From Amoebidium appalachense (taxonomy: Eukaryota > Protista > Ichthyosporea): a stretch of DNA of 64,000 bases. Below, piece after piece: positions 29,131 through 53,697 of this stretch (its first letter is position 1; each line of letters starts with the position of its first letter). The notes beneath the pieces are model-generated. The model had not been told where the DNA came from. It made no database searches and worked only from the letters and a program-made list of their open reading frames with translations. The DNA lies in assembly GCA_963693365.1 (NCBI GenBank), contig CAVNZM010000017.1, forward strand, positions 1,651,989-1,715,988, given 5' to 3'. A program made the position numbers and the translations under genes.

Positions 29131-29178
<48 letters not shown>

Positions 29179-29766
29179 GGGGATGCCTAGCTAGTAAGCA
29201 GTTCCAATTTGACCCAGGGCCTGATAATTGATACCAATTATTGGATATACGATGTGCCAATGCCAATATGTTTTCAAGTTGGGGTCCAATATACATACTA
29301 ATATATATTAGTCATCTTTGGGTAGCCCCCTCGTCCCCCCCCACCCCCCCACCCCCTGGGTGGTGGTGGGTCCCCCCCCCCCCCCCCCCCCCGGGGGGGG
29401 GGGGGGACGCACCTACTCAGGGGGGTGGTGGGTCCTCCCCTTCCCCCTTCCCCAGCCAGCGGAGGGGTGGTGGGTCCCCCCCCCCCCCCCCCCCAGCTTA
29501 CTACTACCCCCCTCCCCGTTTCAAAATCAAAAAAAACCTAACAGCGGGTATTATATATATCTGGGAACGTAACACTACTTACTGTATAATCACATAACGG
29601 AGATAATCGGTCATTAAGCGGCACTGCTGTTACTATATAGATATACAATAACATTACAAATGGCCCTAGAAAGAATTAGTTAGCCATTCATCCACCGAAA
29701 AAAACTTTCGGAATATATAAATTTACACATAACCTTTAAAGAGGACGATGCCGTAAATTCGTAAAT

Positions 29767-31467
29767 TTAAGAGATAACAATTACACAAGGGAGTTCCCGA
29801 GCTGCAGCTGCTCCGACATCCGGCCTGGCTGGGACGACGTTTGTCGTTTTGTACGTCTTTATAGCCTTTTGCGGGGCCGATGGATATTCCGGCCTAGATA
29901 TACCGTGATTTCGGTTCGAAATTGCGCCGTCTCCGCACAGATCATTCGTCGTTGTGATAATCTGACCAATCGTAACAGGTTTTCCCTGGTCCCTTGGAGC
30001 ACAGCCCCTCTCGCTTATCCCCATGCATACTTGGACAATCTGGCACGAAAGGTTATCCAAAACGTTAAAACACACAATCAAACGAACGGCGAGGGCCCAC
30101 CCGTACGATGCGCCGAACGCCGAATGCGGGTTGAACCACACGCTGGTGAAAATGATCGTCATAATTAGCGTCGTGACGAAAGTTGTGCGGACGTTCGCGT
30201 GGTAGTCTGCCCAGCGAAGATGTGCGTTTCGGCCGAGATATGAGTAGATAGTGAACGAAGTGCAATACACGACGAGTATCAAAATTCTCGGCTGGGCATT
30301 GGCGTACGTGGCGTTGATAAACGTACCCGAGACATACCCGTAAATGTCTCCACAACACGAGACCAGAGTCACCACAAACACGCCCCAGAAGGGAAACATG
30401 TAGTGGTTGTAGATGCTCTTGGATAGATAAATTTGCGAAAATACGAGATATATCATCCGTTGTCGCTGCATGAAGGAAGATACCAACATGCACATGAAGA
30501 ACGTGGTGATTATGTTCAAAACGAGTGCGTGGGTGACTAACCCGCTGAGCAAAGGTAGAAGCTCCGCGAGTGGTGGAAGATCACGAGGAATAAACCCCAA
30601 AGAGTTGATGTGCACAAGAAAATGTGCACATATGAGTGAGCCAATGCTGGCACCCAAAGACTGCGCGAGGTAGAATTTTCCTCGGGATTTAACGGCGGAG
30701 ATATTCCGGTAGAATATCACGAGCAGTGTCGTGGCCCCCACTATTCCCAATGACGTTATAGTAGCAATGGTTTGATAATGCATGACTTCCTCTGCGGCTA
30801 GCTTTGCCTTTGCGTAGCTGATTTTAAACTCGTTTAGAGACTTTCCAAAGAGTTTAAACGCCGCCATTTTCTCGTATACCATCCCGTCGCGAATCGCCGA
30901 TTGATACGTGTTGTAATGAAGAGCCAATTCTGTTCCTGCCCCTGTGAGAGACATTGCCGCTGTTACGGGTGCCACCTTCATACATGAAGCGTATATCATC
31001 GTTTCGAAAACACATAAAAGAACGAGAATTATAAACGAAAGGGACCACGTCCTTGTGAGATATTGCTTCTGCTCGCGGGACAAAAGTCTTGCTCTCAACC
31101 GTGCACTCAATGAGGAGCGTCCCTCTTCGCCGACGGGTTTTTGTGAAGAAGAATTGGTGGTGGGTGGTTGGTTGCACGTACAGTTGGTGGTGTTTTCTGC
31201 GTTGACATTATCGCAACAAGAAGACGGTTTCCTGCTTGGCACAATAGACTCGATTGATGAAAGAAGCGAACAATCTGAGCCGAGAGGAATGGGTGGTGTC
31301 AGCCCTTCTGCGGTTAACTCCGAGCGAAGGTCGTGCGATGGGTTAATGGTAAACGTGAGCATGTTGTCTTCTTCCGCAAGTGGAAGGTGTAAAGGAGCTG
31401 ACAACCAGTCTGTAGGCGTACTTGGGATGCCATAACTGGGGGCTTCACTTGTCGGTTCCATGGCCAT
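29767..31467 (-). CDS. Intronless 566-aa multi-pass membrane protein of unknown function
   Basis: Long microsatellite-free ORF with about 8-9 hydrophobic segments and hydrophilic termini; no family recognised with confidence. Confidence 0.8.
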   Translation of the reverse strand: MAMEPTSEAPSYGIPSTPTDWLSAPLHLPLAEEDNMLTFTINPSHDLRSELTAEGLTPPIPLGSDCSLLSSIESIVPSRKPSSCCDNVNAENTTNCTCNQPPTTNSSSQKPVGEEGRSSLSARLRARLLSREQKQYLTRTWSLSFIILVLLCVFETMIYASCMKVAPVTAAMSLTGAGTELALHYNTYQSAIRDGMVYEKMAAFKLFGKSLNEFKISYAKAKLAAEEVMHYQTIATITSLGIVGATTLLVIFYRNISAVKSRGKFYLAQSLGASIGSLICAHFLVHINSLGFIPRDLPPLAELLPLLSGLVTHALVLNIITTFFMCMLVSSFMQRQRMIYLVFSQIYLSKSIYNHYMFPFWGVFVVTLVSCCGDIYGYVSGTFINATYANAQPRILILVVYCTSFTIYSYLGRNAHLRWADYHANVRTTFVTTLIMTIIFTSVWFNPHSAFGASYGWALAVRLIVCFNVLDNLSCQIVQVCMGISERGCAPRDQGKPVTIGQIITTTNDLCGDGAISNRNHGISRPEYPSAPQKAIKTYKTTNVVPARPDVGAAAARELPCVIVIS

Positions 31468-32082
31468 GGTTTTTGTGTTGTTTGTGAAGGTGCATGTATT
31501 GAATGTCCACTGTTGTGAGTGTGAACCAGTGTGTGTAAACCGTCGTTATTCAATCATCTGATGTGTGAGTGCATGTAACCAACATCTGTGTACTGTTTGG
31601 TGCAAGAAACGTGACAGCTTTGTCAGACAGACACACGAGGGAAGCTGAAGGTTGTGAAACTAAACGTTTAGAACCTTACAACGGAGACTTCTTACGAGTA
31701 AGCGTGGTCTTAAAGTTTCTATGTTTTCTCATGCTAAACATGTTCTGCAGATGTAAACGTTGAATATTGCCAGCGTGTGACTGGTTTAACCTGAAGGCGA
31801 ACTGGCAGAGAGAGGATATTTTTGCCTCGTTGAACTGAGAAGACAGATGATGAGACTGACGGTGTAAAGGGCGGTTTCGGTGTGTTTGCAAACGTGGTAC
31901 GAGGACCCGGATGAGATCTACCAATCACAACGCAAAAGCTGAGATCTACCAATCATAGCCTAGAACCGCAGCATTCCTCGTGCCAAGAATGCAAGAAAGA
32001 ATGTGATAGGAGTCTTCGTGAATCGTGGTTGTGTGAAAGAGCTAGCTGATTGGCCCGCCTTGCAGAGTTAGTTATGATTGGC

Positions 32083-32442
32083 TCACAGCATTGTGTTCAA
32101 CTTCAATGTGTTGTCATTCAGGGTGTGAAATCTGATGCTTGTAATCGTCATCGGATCAGTTGTGCTGTTTTCTCCAGCCTGAATGTCCCTTGTAATAATC
32201 CCACCAACCGTTTTAAGAACTGTATCATCTGCTAATGCATACATTATTCCTTCAATAACCACTGGTTTAAGAATCAGAGAGCCTGACACAGTAGGAACAC
32301 CTTTTCCTTTCCGATTCATGCCATACTGAATGCATACATATACGTCTTGATGATCTTGGCAGCGTGGTGAGAGTTGGCAATAACGCAAGAAAAAGGGATA
32401 AAACTCTCCACAGCTAAGAGTATCTGGCACTGATGTTTCCAT
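32083..32442 (-). CDS. Hypothetical 119-aa protein (or TE fragment)
   Basis: ATG-initiated, complex-composition ORF in a repeat-free block; no recognisable motif. Confidence 0.25.
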   Translation of the reverse strand: METSVPDTLSCGEFYPFFLRYCQLSPRCQDHQDVYVCIQYGMNRKGKGVPTVSGSLILKPVVIEGIMYALADDTVLKTVGGIITRDIQAGENSTTDPMTITSIRFHTLNDNTLKLNTML

Positions 32443-32712
32443 TCTTACTTTGAACCAATAACCATTCTTAAAGGTCTCTTACGATATTAGTCGAAACAAG
32501 AGAAAGCAAGCCTTGAAACACGTTCTCAGAGTCGGAGAGTCAATTGCACGGTTTGAAACCTCTGACGTCATAAGCCAAGGGAGTCGGGCTGAATCAGTCT
32601 GTGTCGTGTCAGCGTTTTTTTTATAGCCAAGTTGAAGTTGTTCAAACATCGGAGACCCCCTTGTCATCACATCTCATCCCTCCCCGTTCATTGCGACAGC
32701 AGAGCAGCCACC

Positions 32713-44942
<12,230 letters not shown>

Positions 44943-45565
44943 GGTCTACCAATCATCGTCTTTCCTTATCTTTTTCTCTTGCCCCCCCCCCCCCCCCCCC
45001 CCTCCTCCTCCTCCCCCCCCCCCCCCCCCCTTCCGCTCTCTCCCTCTCTCCCTCTCTCTCTCTCTCTCTCTCATTCTCCCCCCCCCCCCCCCCCCCCCCA
45101 GTTTTTCTCTCTTTGTTCCTCTCTCTCCATCTGCCTCTTTCATGTTCCCCCCCCGTCCCCCCCCCCCCCCCCCCTGTCTCTCTCCCCTCCCCCCCCCCCC
45201 CCTCTCTCTCTCTCTCCTCTCTCTCTCCCCTCCCCTCCCCCCCTCCCTCCCCCTCTCTCGTCTGCTCCTTCACGTCTGTGGCTACCTGCTCATCACCCGT
45301 CACTCAACCTATCGCTCCCTACAAATATTTCTTTGAAGTAAATATTAGGTTTTTTATGGTCCATATATATATCGCACTCAATAGTGCAAGGAATTTGAAA
45401 GCATAACTAATATACCGAACTTTGTTGTTACATAACTGTTTGTACGTAGGGAGTGCAGTCTTTTTTGCAGAGTTACTGATCTAGGCTATGGTGGGTGCAT
45501 ATGCATGGGTGTGCACACGTACACTACAACACTCATGCTTGCCCACACTTCAGCACTCGTGGCAC

Positions 45566-45663
<98 letters not shown>

Positions 45664-46095
45664 CACGCACACATGTAGGTGCCCTTCTCGTGTGCCCCAG
45701 ATTAAACCATGCATAGCCCCTTCCTGGTTAATTGTTGTTTGTACGAATGATCCTAGCCTCAGTTGATGACACTTGCTTTTCCGTTTTAGGAATATGGTGT
45801 TCGTTTCCATTTATAGTGAATTATTGCCTCAAGACGTCTAGTATATGACGGCCTCAAGACGTATAGTATATGACGGCGTATTTAATACATATTAATTTAT
45901 ATGGACATGTGATATTCCTGGTTTTTTATTGTTTCATAAAAACTTTTTTTTGGCGTGCGAACTTCCCGCCTAAAATTCTATATTTGGCCAATCGTATGAT
46001 CGCGCCCAAATTATTGGTCCATACATTTTTTGTTTTGCAATAAACTGAACACACGAGTAACCGCAACTCCTTTGCCGCCCCCCCCCCCCCTCCCC

Positions 46096-46159
<64 letters not shown>

Positions 46160-46396
46160 GCCCACCCAAAAAAGGGCACAACTAAATATTAAGAAAGGAA
46201 CGAAGAATACATGGACATGCAACTTAAATGTGCCTGTCGCAACCATCATACTTTAAACCCCGACCTCCCCCCCCCCCCCCCCCCCCCCTTTGTCTCTCGG
46301 GGTTTACGCATTATTTATTCAGGCTCTTCCCACCACAATGAAAAAATCTACCTTTCCTTTCTTTGGCCACTCATTGGTAATAGAGCCAATCCCCCC

Positions 46397-46450
<54 letters not shown>

Positions 46451-47482
46451 CCCGGAGTCAACCCGTGCATGTCACATACACGAACACTAAACATGTGCAT
46501 GCACACAGGCATATGCTACACGTACACAAAACACGCGTCCACGTGCTCACACTTGGGCATTTTTCGGTTTGACGGTTTGAGTGCTGTGCACGCGTGCGTA
46601 GCTTTAGGGAGGGAGGGGATGGGGTGTGTTGGGGGGGGAGGGGGGGGGGATCCACAGGTTAATTAGTCGAGAAGATGTACAGAGAAAACACCCGTATTTA
46701 TATGTGGGGCGAAAATCAATTGCAAGCCATTCCTACTACGTATATTACAGCGTGGAGAATCAAGTTCCGTATGAATAACTTCGAATATTGGAAACCCCAC
46801 GCTTCTTCACGTTTACACCCTTCTGTATATATAAGCATGTATGGGTGGAGTGGTACATAAAATCGGTTGGTTTATATTAAAACCCTTACCGACTTTGAAA
46901 TGTTTCGTGGTGTTTCGTTAAGAATGCAATACCATGGTTAGGCTATTTAGGCTAAAAGATATATATTGGTTGGAATTTTAAACAGAAAACAATGACAAAT
47001 GAGCTATTGATGATGTTTGCCCTGTTCTCGACCGATACGGAAAAATCGTGCAATGATTTGAACAAACTTTGCTTGCAAATACTTCAAAAAAAAAAAAAAA
47101 GGAATGTGTACTGCACGGTGGGTTTGGGGGGAACAGTTGCATGTTACATATAGAATGCACGTGATATTAGTGGGGAGGCATACAATAAATACCAAAAAAT
47201 GAATCAGCAAACGTCTTCCACCCACTCCTGAAGACCCGGAGTAAACCTTAAAGATGTGTGTGTGTGTGTGTGTGTGTGTGCATTATAATCAACATCCATA
47301 ACTAAATAAATCAGCCCAAATCACATTTCTATTGTCATGAAAATATCTAAACTTTATCTGAATATTTCTTACTGCAACACACCAGACAACTATCATACTA
47401 TAAAGAAGACAATCGACAATCTCAATTTACCCCCCACCCCCCCCCCTCCTCCCCACCACCACCACAATTAACCCCAACCAAC

Positions 47483-50400
47483 TCACAACTCCTCTTCAAT
47501 GGCTCTCAACCCATCCATCCAATCCCAAGGGGCGATGCCCAGATCGCACGATTGAGCTCCCGGCCAATCAACATCGTCCATTTGGAATAGCGGCTGGTTG
47601 GATTGCACAAGTTGTTGCACGATGTCGTCGCATAGTTTCATATCCCGAGGCCCCAATTGCGCCGTGAGAGCGTCCATTTCATCGAATGACGGGATCGCGA
47701 TTGAATTTTCAGTCGCGGTGGAAATGTTTGCGGTGTATGGGGCTGTTGGAAAGCCTTTTCCTGTTTTGGCGGCGAGGAATTGTGCGTGGTATGGGAGGAA
47801 TGTGGGTTGGAATGCGACGGGTGATGCGTTGGGAGGATACACGCTTGTGCTTGTCGTTAGTTGTGGTGTTGTGTTGGCAGAGTGGGGGACGAGCGGAACA
47901 TCAGGAGAAATGCTTCGTGGGGGTGGATTCCATTGTGCATCTTTAACCGTAGCGGTGGTGGTAGGTGCAAGGGGAATGTTGCAAGGTTGATTATCCGCGG
48001 GGTTAGAAATACCGTTCGCCCATGATTCGGAGAGGTAACGCGGCGAGTCCTGACCCCACAGGTAGGCGGAAATTGGTGCAGTTCCGTTGCCGTTGGCGCT
48101 TGCTGATTGGATGAGCTGGTAGTATTCCGGCGTAATGATTGGTTGTTGGTTGGTGTAGGCGTCTTGCAATTGGGGGTCGTAACTGGGCTGGGCAGGTGCT
48201 GGCGCGATTGGGCCTGGCGGACTAGGAATGTGCGGGGAGGACCTTTCACTGGGCGAGATTGGGATGGAGACCTCCGCTTCCGGGCTACGAATGTGGTTGT
48301 ATTCAGCGGCGGCTAGCACCCAATTGATCTGCGCGTGTTTTCGTTTCTCGCCCCTGCGTGTATACTCTCCGCCGCTTTCCTCGCTGTGAACGCTCCGTTC
48401 CGACGATTTCTTCTGTCGCAATTTCCCGTCCTGTATGGCTTGCTGTAAACCCTGAATTTCGTTCCGATAAGCGAACTCAGCCGTAGTAAAATCCATGTGC
48501 GAACTGAATGTCGAGGAGGGGGAGACAGAAACCGTGCGATCGTTTTGTTTTTGTTGTGGGGGTGAACCCGTTTCCCCACTGGATGCTAGTGAGGTAGATT
48601 CCGAATTTTCCGGCGATGGGACGGGGGTCGCCAACGGCGTAACATTTTCGAGCGTTGGGTACGATCTACGTTTGCGGCTCCGTTTCGGTTTGGGGGGCGC
48701 GAGATCGTTATGTTTTGTCGTTTGTGAAATCGCTCGTTTTGCGCTTGCGTTTTTCGCGTGTGGCGTCGCCCTAGGTAGGCGTTGATGGAGAATTATGGGC
48801 TCGCTGAGAAACTGTGTGTAGTTCAGATCGCGATTGAAATTGTAGGCGTAGTTTAGGTTGGCGGCTGCTGCAACGGTCGTGCTTGCAGTGTTATAGGACG
48901 GCGGCGCGAGCGGGCGGTCGATTGGCAGGACCATTTGCACGAAATCGGAATCGGGGTGGGTGGGATAGCCGGAATTCTTGTCGGTAAGGTCGGGATATAC
49001 AGCATGGTTGTTTTCAGAGTGGGAGGGATATACGAAGTTCCTCTCGGGGTCATTGGGATATCTAACGTTGTTTTCGGCGTGGTTGGGATATCTGATGTTG
49101 TTTTCGGTGTAAGTGGGATAGCCGCTGTTTGGAAATGAGCTTCTTGGGACAGCCGGGGCGATGTTTGTGGACGAAGAGGACTGCCTTCCTACAGATAGTC
49201 GAAATTCCTCGCTATCTCCGACGCCGAACGACGGAACGGGGGGTAGATTCTCCTTCTGTTGGGATAGCGGCGGGATATACTTTGAATTTTTGAAGTGTTG
49301 GGGGCACTGAAGCTTGTGGTTGCGGCTCTTAGCCATCGGGTTGCAGAGGATTTTCATGGTAGCCATCATGGGGTTGTGGTAGGCCGTGGCGGTGAAGAAC
49401 TGGCAGAGCTCGAGCTCGAACGACATTTTCTGTGTGTGTACGTGTGTGTACGTGTGTGTGTGTGTGTGTGCACATGCTTATAATAAGGCCCGGAGAGATA
49501 GGTTTTATGGGCGAGGGGGGGGGGGAAGCTGCGAAAGTGTTTAGGTTAGGGGAGGTGGGGGTGGGGGTGGAGCTGGGGGTGAATGTGGGGAGATGGGGGG
49601 GAGGGGGAGGGGGGGGGGGGGGGGGGGAGGTAACATGGGGTTAGGTTCACGTCTGAATATGGGCTGATGTGCGAAACGTACTTCCTGCGCCTGTGTGTGT
49701 CATCTGTGGGAACCTGGCACAGATATGCATATGTGCGGTGTATGTGCATGTTCGGGTGTAATTGCACGGGAGTATGACTAGATTTGACACCATAACATCC
49801 TCTCCCCGTTTCTCTTTTCTTAAACCTCCCCGACAGCAGGGTCAGTTGTGAGAATGAAAATGAAGAAGGAAGATAAGGAGATGGGGAAAGTTATAGAGGA
49901 TAATAGAGGCTGGAGAGCAAGCCATGTGAGTGAGGGGAAATCTGCAAAAGATATTTTGGGTAACACAGCACATGGAACGGGATACAAAAGACCTGTGGAT
50001 GGATGTGGATGTAAACCATGGAAGTGTTTGGGCAGGGAATGGGGAAGATGGGGGGGGGGGTGTGGGGGGGGTAAAAGGCTGTTTGTGCGTGTATGTGTGT
50101 GTGTGGGGGGCGGGGGGGGGGGGGGGGGGGGGGGGTTGGGATGGGAGGGGAGGAAGGGGAGGGCAGGGGAGACGGAGGGAGAGAGGGAGGTTGAGGGGCA
50201 GGGAGAGAGAGAGAGAGAAAGAATGATAGAGAGTATCTATGTGCGTGTTTGTGTGTGGATGTCTGGGCAGGATGAGGGGGGGTTGAGGCTGATGTGTTTG
50301 TGTGTGTGTGTGGGGGGGGGGGGGGGGGGAAGGGGAAGAAAGGAGAGGGGGGCATTACCTCATTCTGGAAGATTCTGCCATCGTGGACGCGTGCAATGAA

Positions 50401-50723
50401 CACCCACGGCACATAGCGACGGAATGTGCTCAGATGCACCATTTTCTCGTGGTTGGGTTTGTTGCTGACGCGCAGCTGAAAGGGTGCGTGTGTGTGTGTG
50501 TGTGTGTGTGTTGGGGAGGGAGGGGGGGGGGGGGGGGGGGATGGGGGGGCAGAAATATGTTTGGGGGGGGGGGGGGGGGAGGGGATGGGGAGAGGGGTTA
50601 GAATGTGTTACAGAGTATTTAGTATACATTAATAGCGGTCGAGACAGAAAAGAGAGCACAGCACACTGAAGGTGTGGAGGGGGGATTTTGGGAGGTGGAA
50701 GGTTGGGGGGGGGAGGGGGGTGT

Positions 50724-50754
<31 letters not shown>

Positions 50755-51249
50755 GGAGGAGGGGGGATGAGATGGAGCGAGCAGGGGAGGGGGGAGGGGG
50801 GAAGGAGGGGGGCCGAAGAGAGAAAGAAACCGGAAGGGGTTTGGGGGCCCAGGGGGGGAGGGGGGAGGGAGAGAGAGAGAGGGGAAAGGGGGGGGGGGGG
50901 AGGGGGGGGGGAAGGGCAATGGAATTTTCACCGTTTGGAAATCCAAGCCATCTTCCAGCAACTTTTCGCCGGTTATCGACTCGTGCAGGCACCACTGTTC
51001 ACTTGCCGTGACGGGAGAATGGATGTTGGTCTCTGCAAGTGGTGTGTCCGGTTAGATTGAATGTCAGTTTTACATTTGTAAAGGTGCACTGTTGATTGGT
51101 GGGTGGTTAATAGAAGTAGCACGGCGCTAGTTTATTTCTGTTTCTTAAACAATGGTTTTGTCCCGTTACAGCCCCCCCCTCCCCCCCCCCCCCCAGGCCC
51201 CCCTCACACACACACACAAACACCCACCAACCCACCCGGATCTCTATAG

Positions 51250-51286
<37 letters not shown>

Positions 51287-52184
51287 ACCACCACCACCCC
51301 ACCCGGGGGGCGGGGGGGTTGAAAAGGAGCAAAAACCAGCCAGCAAAAAAAAAAAAGAGGGCGGGTCTTCCACGATTGAGATAATTTTGGGAGGCCCTTT
51401 GAAATGGGTGTGTGTGGGGGGGGGGGGAGGGGGGGGGGGGGCTGGGGGGGTCTGGAAAGAACATCTTAGAATGGGGGGGAAAGAGCGATGGGATATTAAG
51501 GTCATGAAACGAAGCGGAGTGTGCTCAGGGAACACATACTGGTTGCTGGTGGTTTTGAGAACCATTTCCCGCTGTATTGCAGAACTGAGTTTTTGGGCTC
51601 GTAGGAGCAGAACTCCATCCACACACGGTACTTGTGGTGTGGATTCAGACCCTTGGCTGTCAGCTGCAAGGAGAAGAGGGTTAAAGTTACTAACTGTTGT
51701 TCTTTTTCCCGGATTTCTAAGTGACGAGAAGAAGACGTGAAAGGGTTTTCATAATCCGAATTTCTTATTTTCATTAAGAAGAGAAAGGTGAAAGTTTGCA
51801 CATTAATTATCCTCTTTCAACAAAATACTCCGGACATTACGCAAAGAATAGAAAAGCCCCCACCATTTGTCCTTGTATCTCCAAGGAAATAGTATAATTC
51901 ATCTCTTCCACTACAACCCCCCTCCCCCCCCTCCCCCCTCCCCCCCTCCCCCCCCCCCCTTGTATCTCCAACGAAGTATTATAATTCATCTCTTCAACCA
52001 CACCCCCCCCCCCCCCCCCCCCTCCTCCAAAAAAGGCAAAAAAAAAAAAAAAAAAAAGGAAAGAAGAGAACAGAAAAAACAAGAAGGGAAACAGAAGAGG
52101 CAAAACCACCCCTTTTTTTTAAGTGAATTAAATGCTTGGGGGAGGATGTAAGTGAGGATTAGGTGGGTGGGTGGGGGGAGGTGT

Positions 52185-52215
<31 letters not shown>

Positions 52216-53299
52216 GGGGGATTGAATGGATACACCAAAAGCCCAGATTAAAAAAACTAGCCGAGGTTGCTTGAACCTACGACCTGAAAGGAGTTGTAAA
52301 TGGTGGCGGCGGTTGAGCGCTTCGGGGGGAAGGGGTGGGGAAGGGGGAGAGAGAGGGGGGGGGGGGGGGGGGGGGTTCATACCTTCATTACGGGGAATAT
52401 CTGGCGGCCTTTTGAGGAAAGAATCATCTCAGTCTGCTGCACATAGAAGTTGGCCCACAAGACAGCATCGTTCAGTTGCAGGGTCACTACCGACCCGTGT
52501 CTCTTGTTGGTTGCATGCAGCTCGGACCTGTGGCAAGAAAAAAAATAGAAAATTAATATGAAAATTTATTTTTTAAAAAAATTAGAATCAAAAAGTGCCA
52601 TGCTTTCATCCCAAGACGTAGGGAATAAACACCCTTTTTTATTGTACACTAGAAGTTTGTGGAGGTGTTGCGAAAACAAAGTTAGCAAAAATGTTTTGGT
52701 TCTTCCAACTCAGATAACATTCAGCATTTGTACTGAAACAGGCAGATTTGTGGACATGTGGGATTATCCGTGCTAGGAGTGGTGGGTCTCTTCCCCCTCC
52801 CCCTCCCCTCCCTTCTCCCCCCCTCCCCTCCCCCCCCCCCCCCCCACACACACACACACACTCTCTGCCTCTTTCTCTCGCTCCATATCACATGTCCCAG
52901 CAATCCAATTAGCCCGTTGGTCACAAAAAAAAGAGCTACAAACGTAAAATTTCAACTCATGACGTAATGATAATGAACACACGTGCACGGTATACATACG
53001 CTGGAAGGTTAGGGAGAGGAATCTCGAGCTCCACATAGGTATCATCAGTAATATTACAGAAGCACATATGCCTATCGTGTAGCAGCCGGATCACTTTTGC
53101 ATTTGGATTGTTCCTGGGGTTTGATTTTCTGGCGTCACGGGTGCCCATGCATTTTGGCGGAACCCACACTTGAACTTGAGGGGAAACGTGGTGTGGGTGG
53201 GTGTTGGCTGGATTTTGCTCCTCGTGGGTGCTGCATAGAAAGAGTGAGTGGTAAGTCTTAGAGGTGGGAGGGCAGGGCAAGGAATAAAGATAAAGGGCC

Positions 53300-53337
<38 letters not shown>

Positions 53338-53485
53338 GCAAGACGAATTACTAAGGGGGGAGAATCAGGACGATATGATGCTGGGGAAGCAAGCACAGAT
53401 CTTGTTCTGGATCGATGGTGTGTAGAAAACACTAGGGTGTACCTTAGGAAGGGTGGATAGACGTAAAATCGGAATGATAAGTGCT

Positions 53486-53520
<35 letters not shown>

Positions 53521-53697
53521 GGAGGGGAATGCATTCGTTATAGAAGGTTGCGAAAAGAAGGTGCAGTATCATGTGTTGGTATAAAGGCGGTTGAATAATA
53601 TTATGAGTCTTAACCTCAACAATTCATGTTCGTATTTGGGAAGCGAGCAATTTAGGAACATAGGATTGTGCTCTTGCCCCAACCCCAAAAGCTCCAC
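47483..53697 (-). CDS. Divergent T-box transcription factor with a long low-complexity C-terminus; 5' end uncertain
   Basis: Phase-consistent exons 52383-52527, 51540-51663, 50932-51032, 50359-50475, 47483-49429 give VTLQLNDAVLWANFYVQQTEMILSSKGRQIFPVMKLTAKGLNPHHKY..SGKW..GLDFQTLRVSNK..VHLSTFRRYVPWVFI..FELELCQFFTATAYHNPMMATMKILCNPMAKS. Exons 53000-53230 and 53615-53697 join in frame (tentative). A possible first exon near 54100-54164 is unresolved. Confidence 0.88.

Noticed and set aside
47483-49426. 647-aa ORF as a stand-alone intronless gene
   Set aside because: Its start is the C-terminal end of a T-box domain, preceded by an in-phase acceptor at 49430; it is a terminal exon.
52258-52283. 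Micro-exon GRRFKQPRL that mimics the T-box GRRMFP motif
   Set aside because: Exon 52383-52527 already supplies KGRQIFPVMK in the right phase; this candidate has a poor donor and the wrong entry phase.
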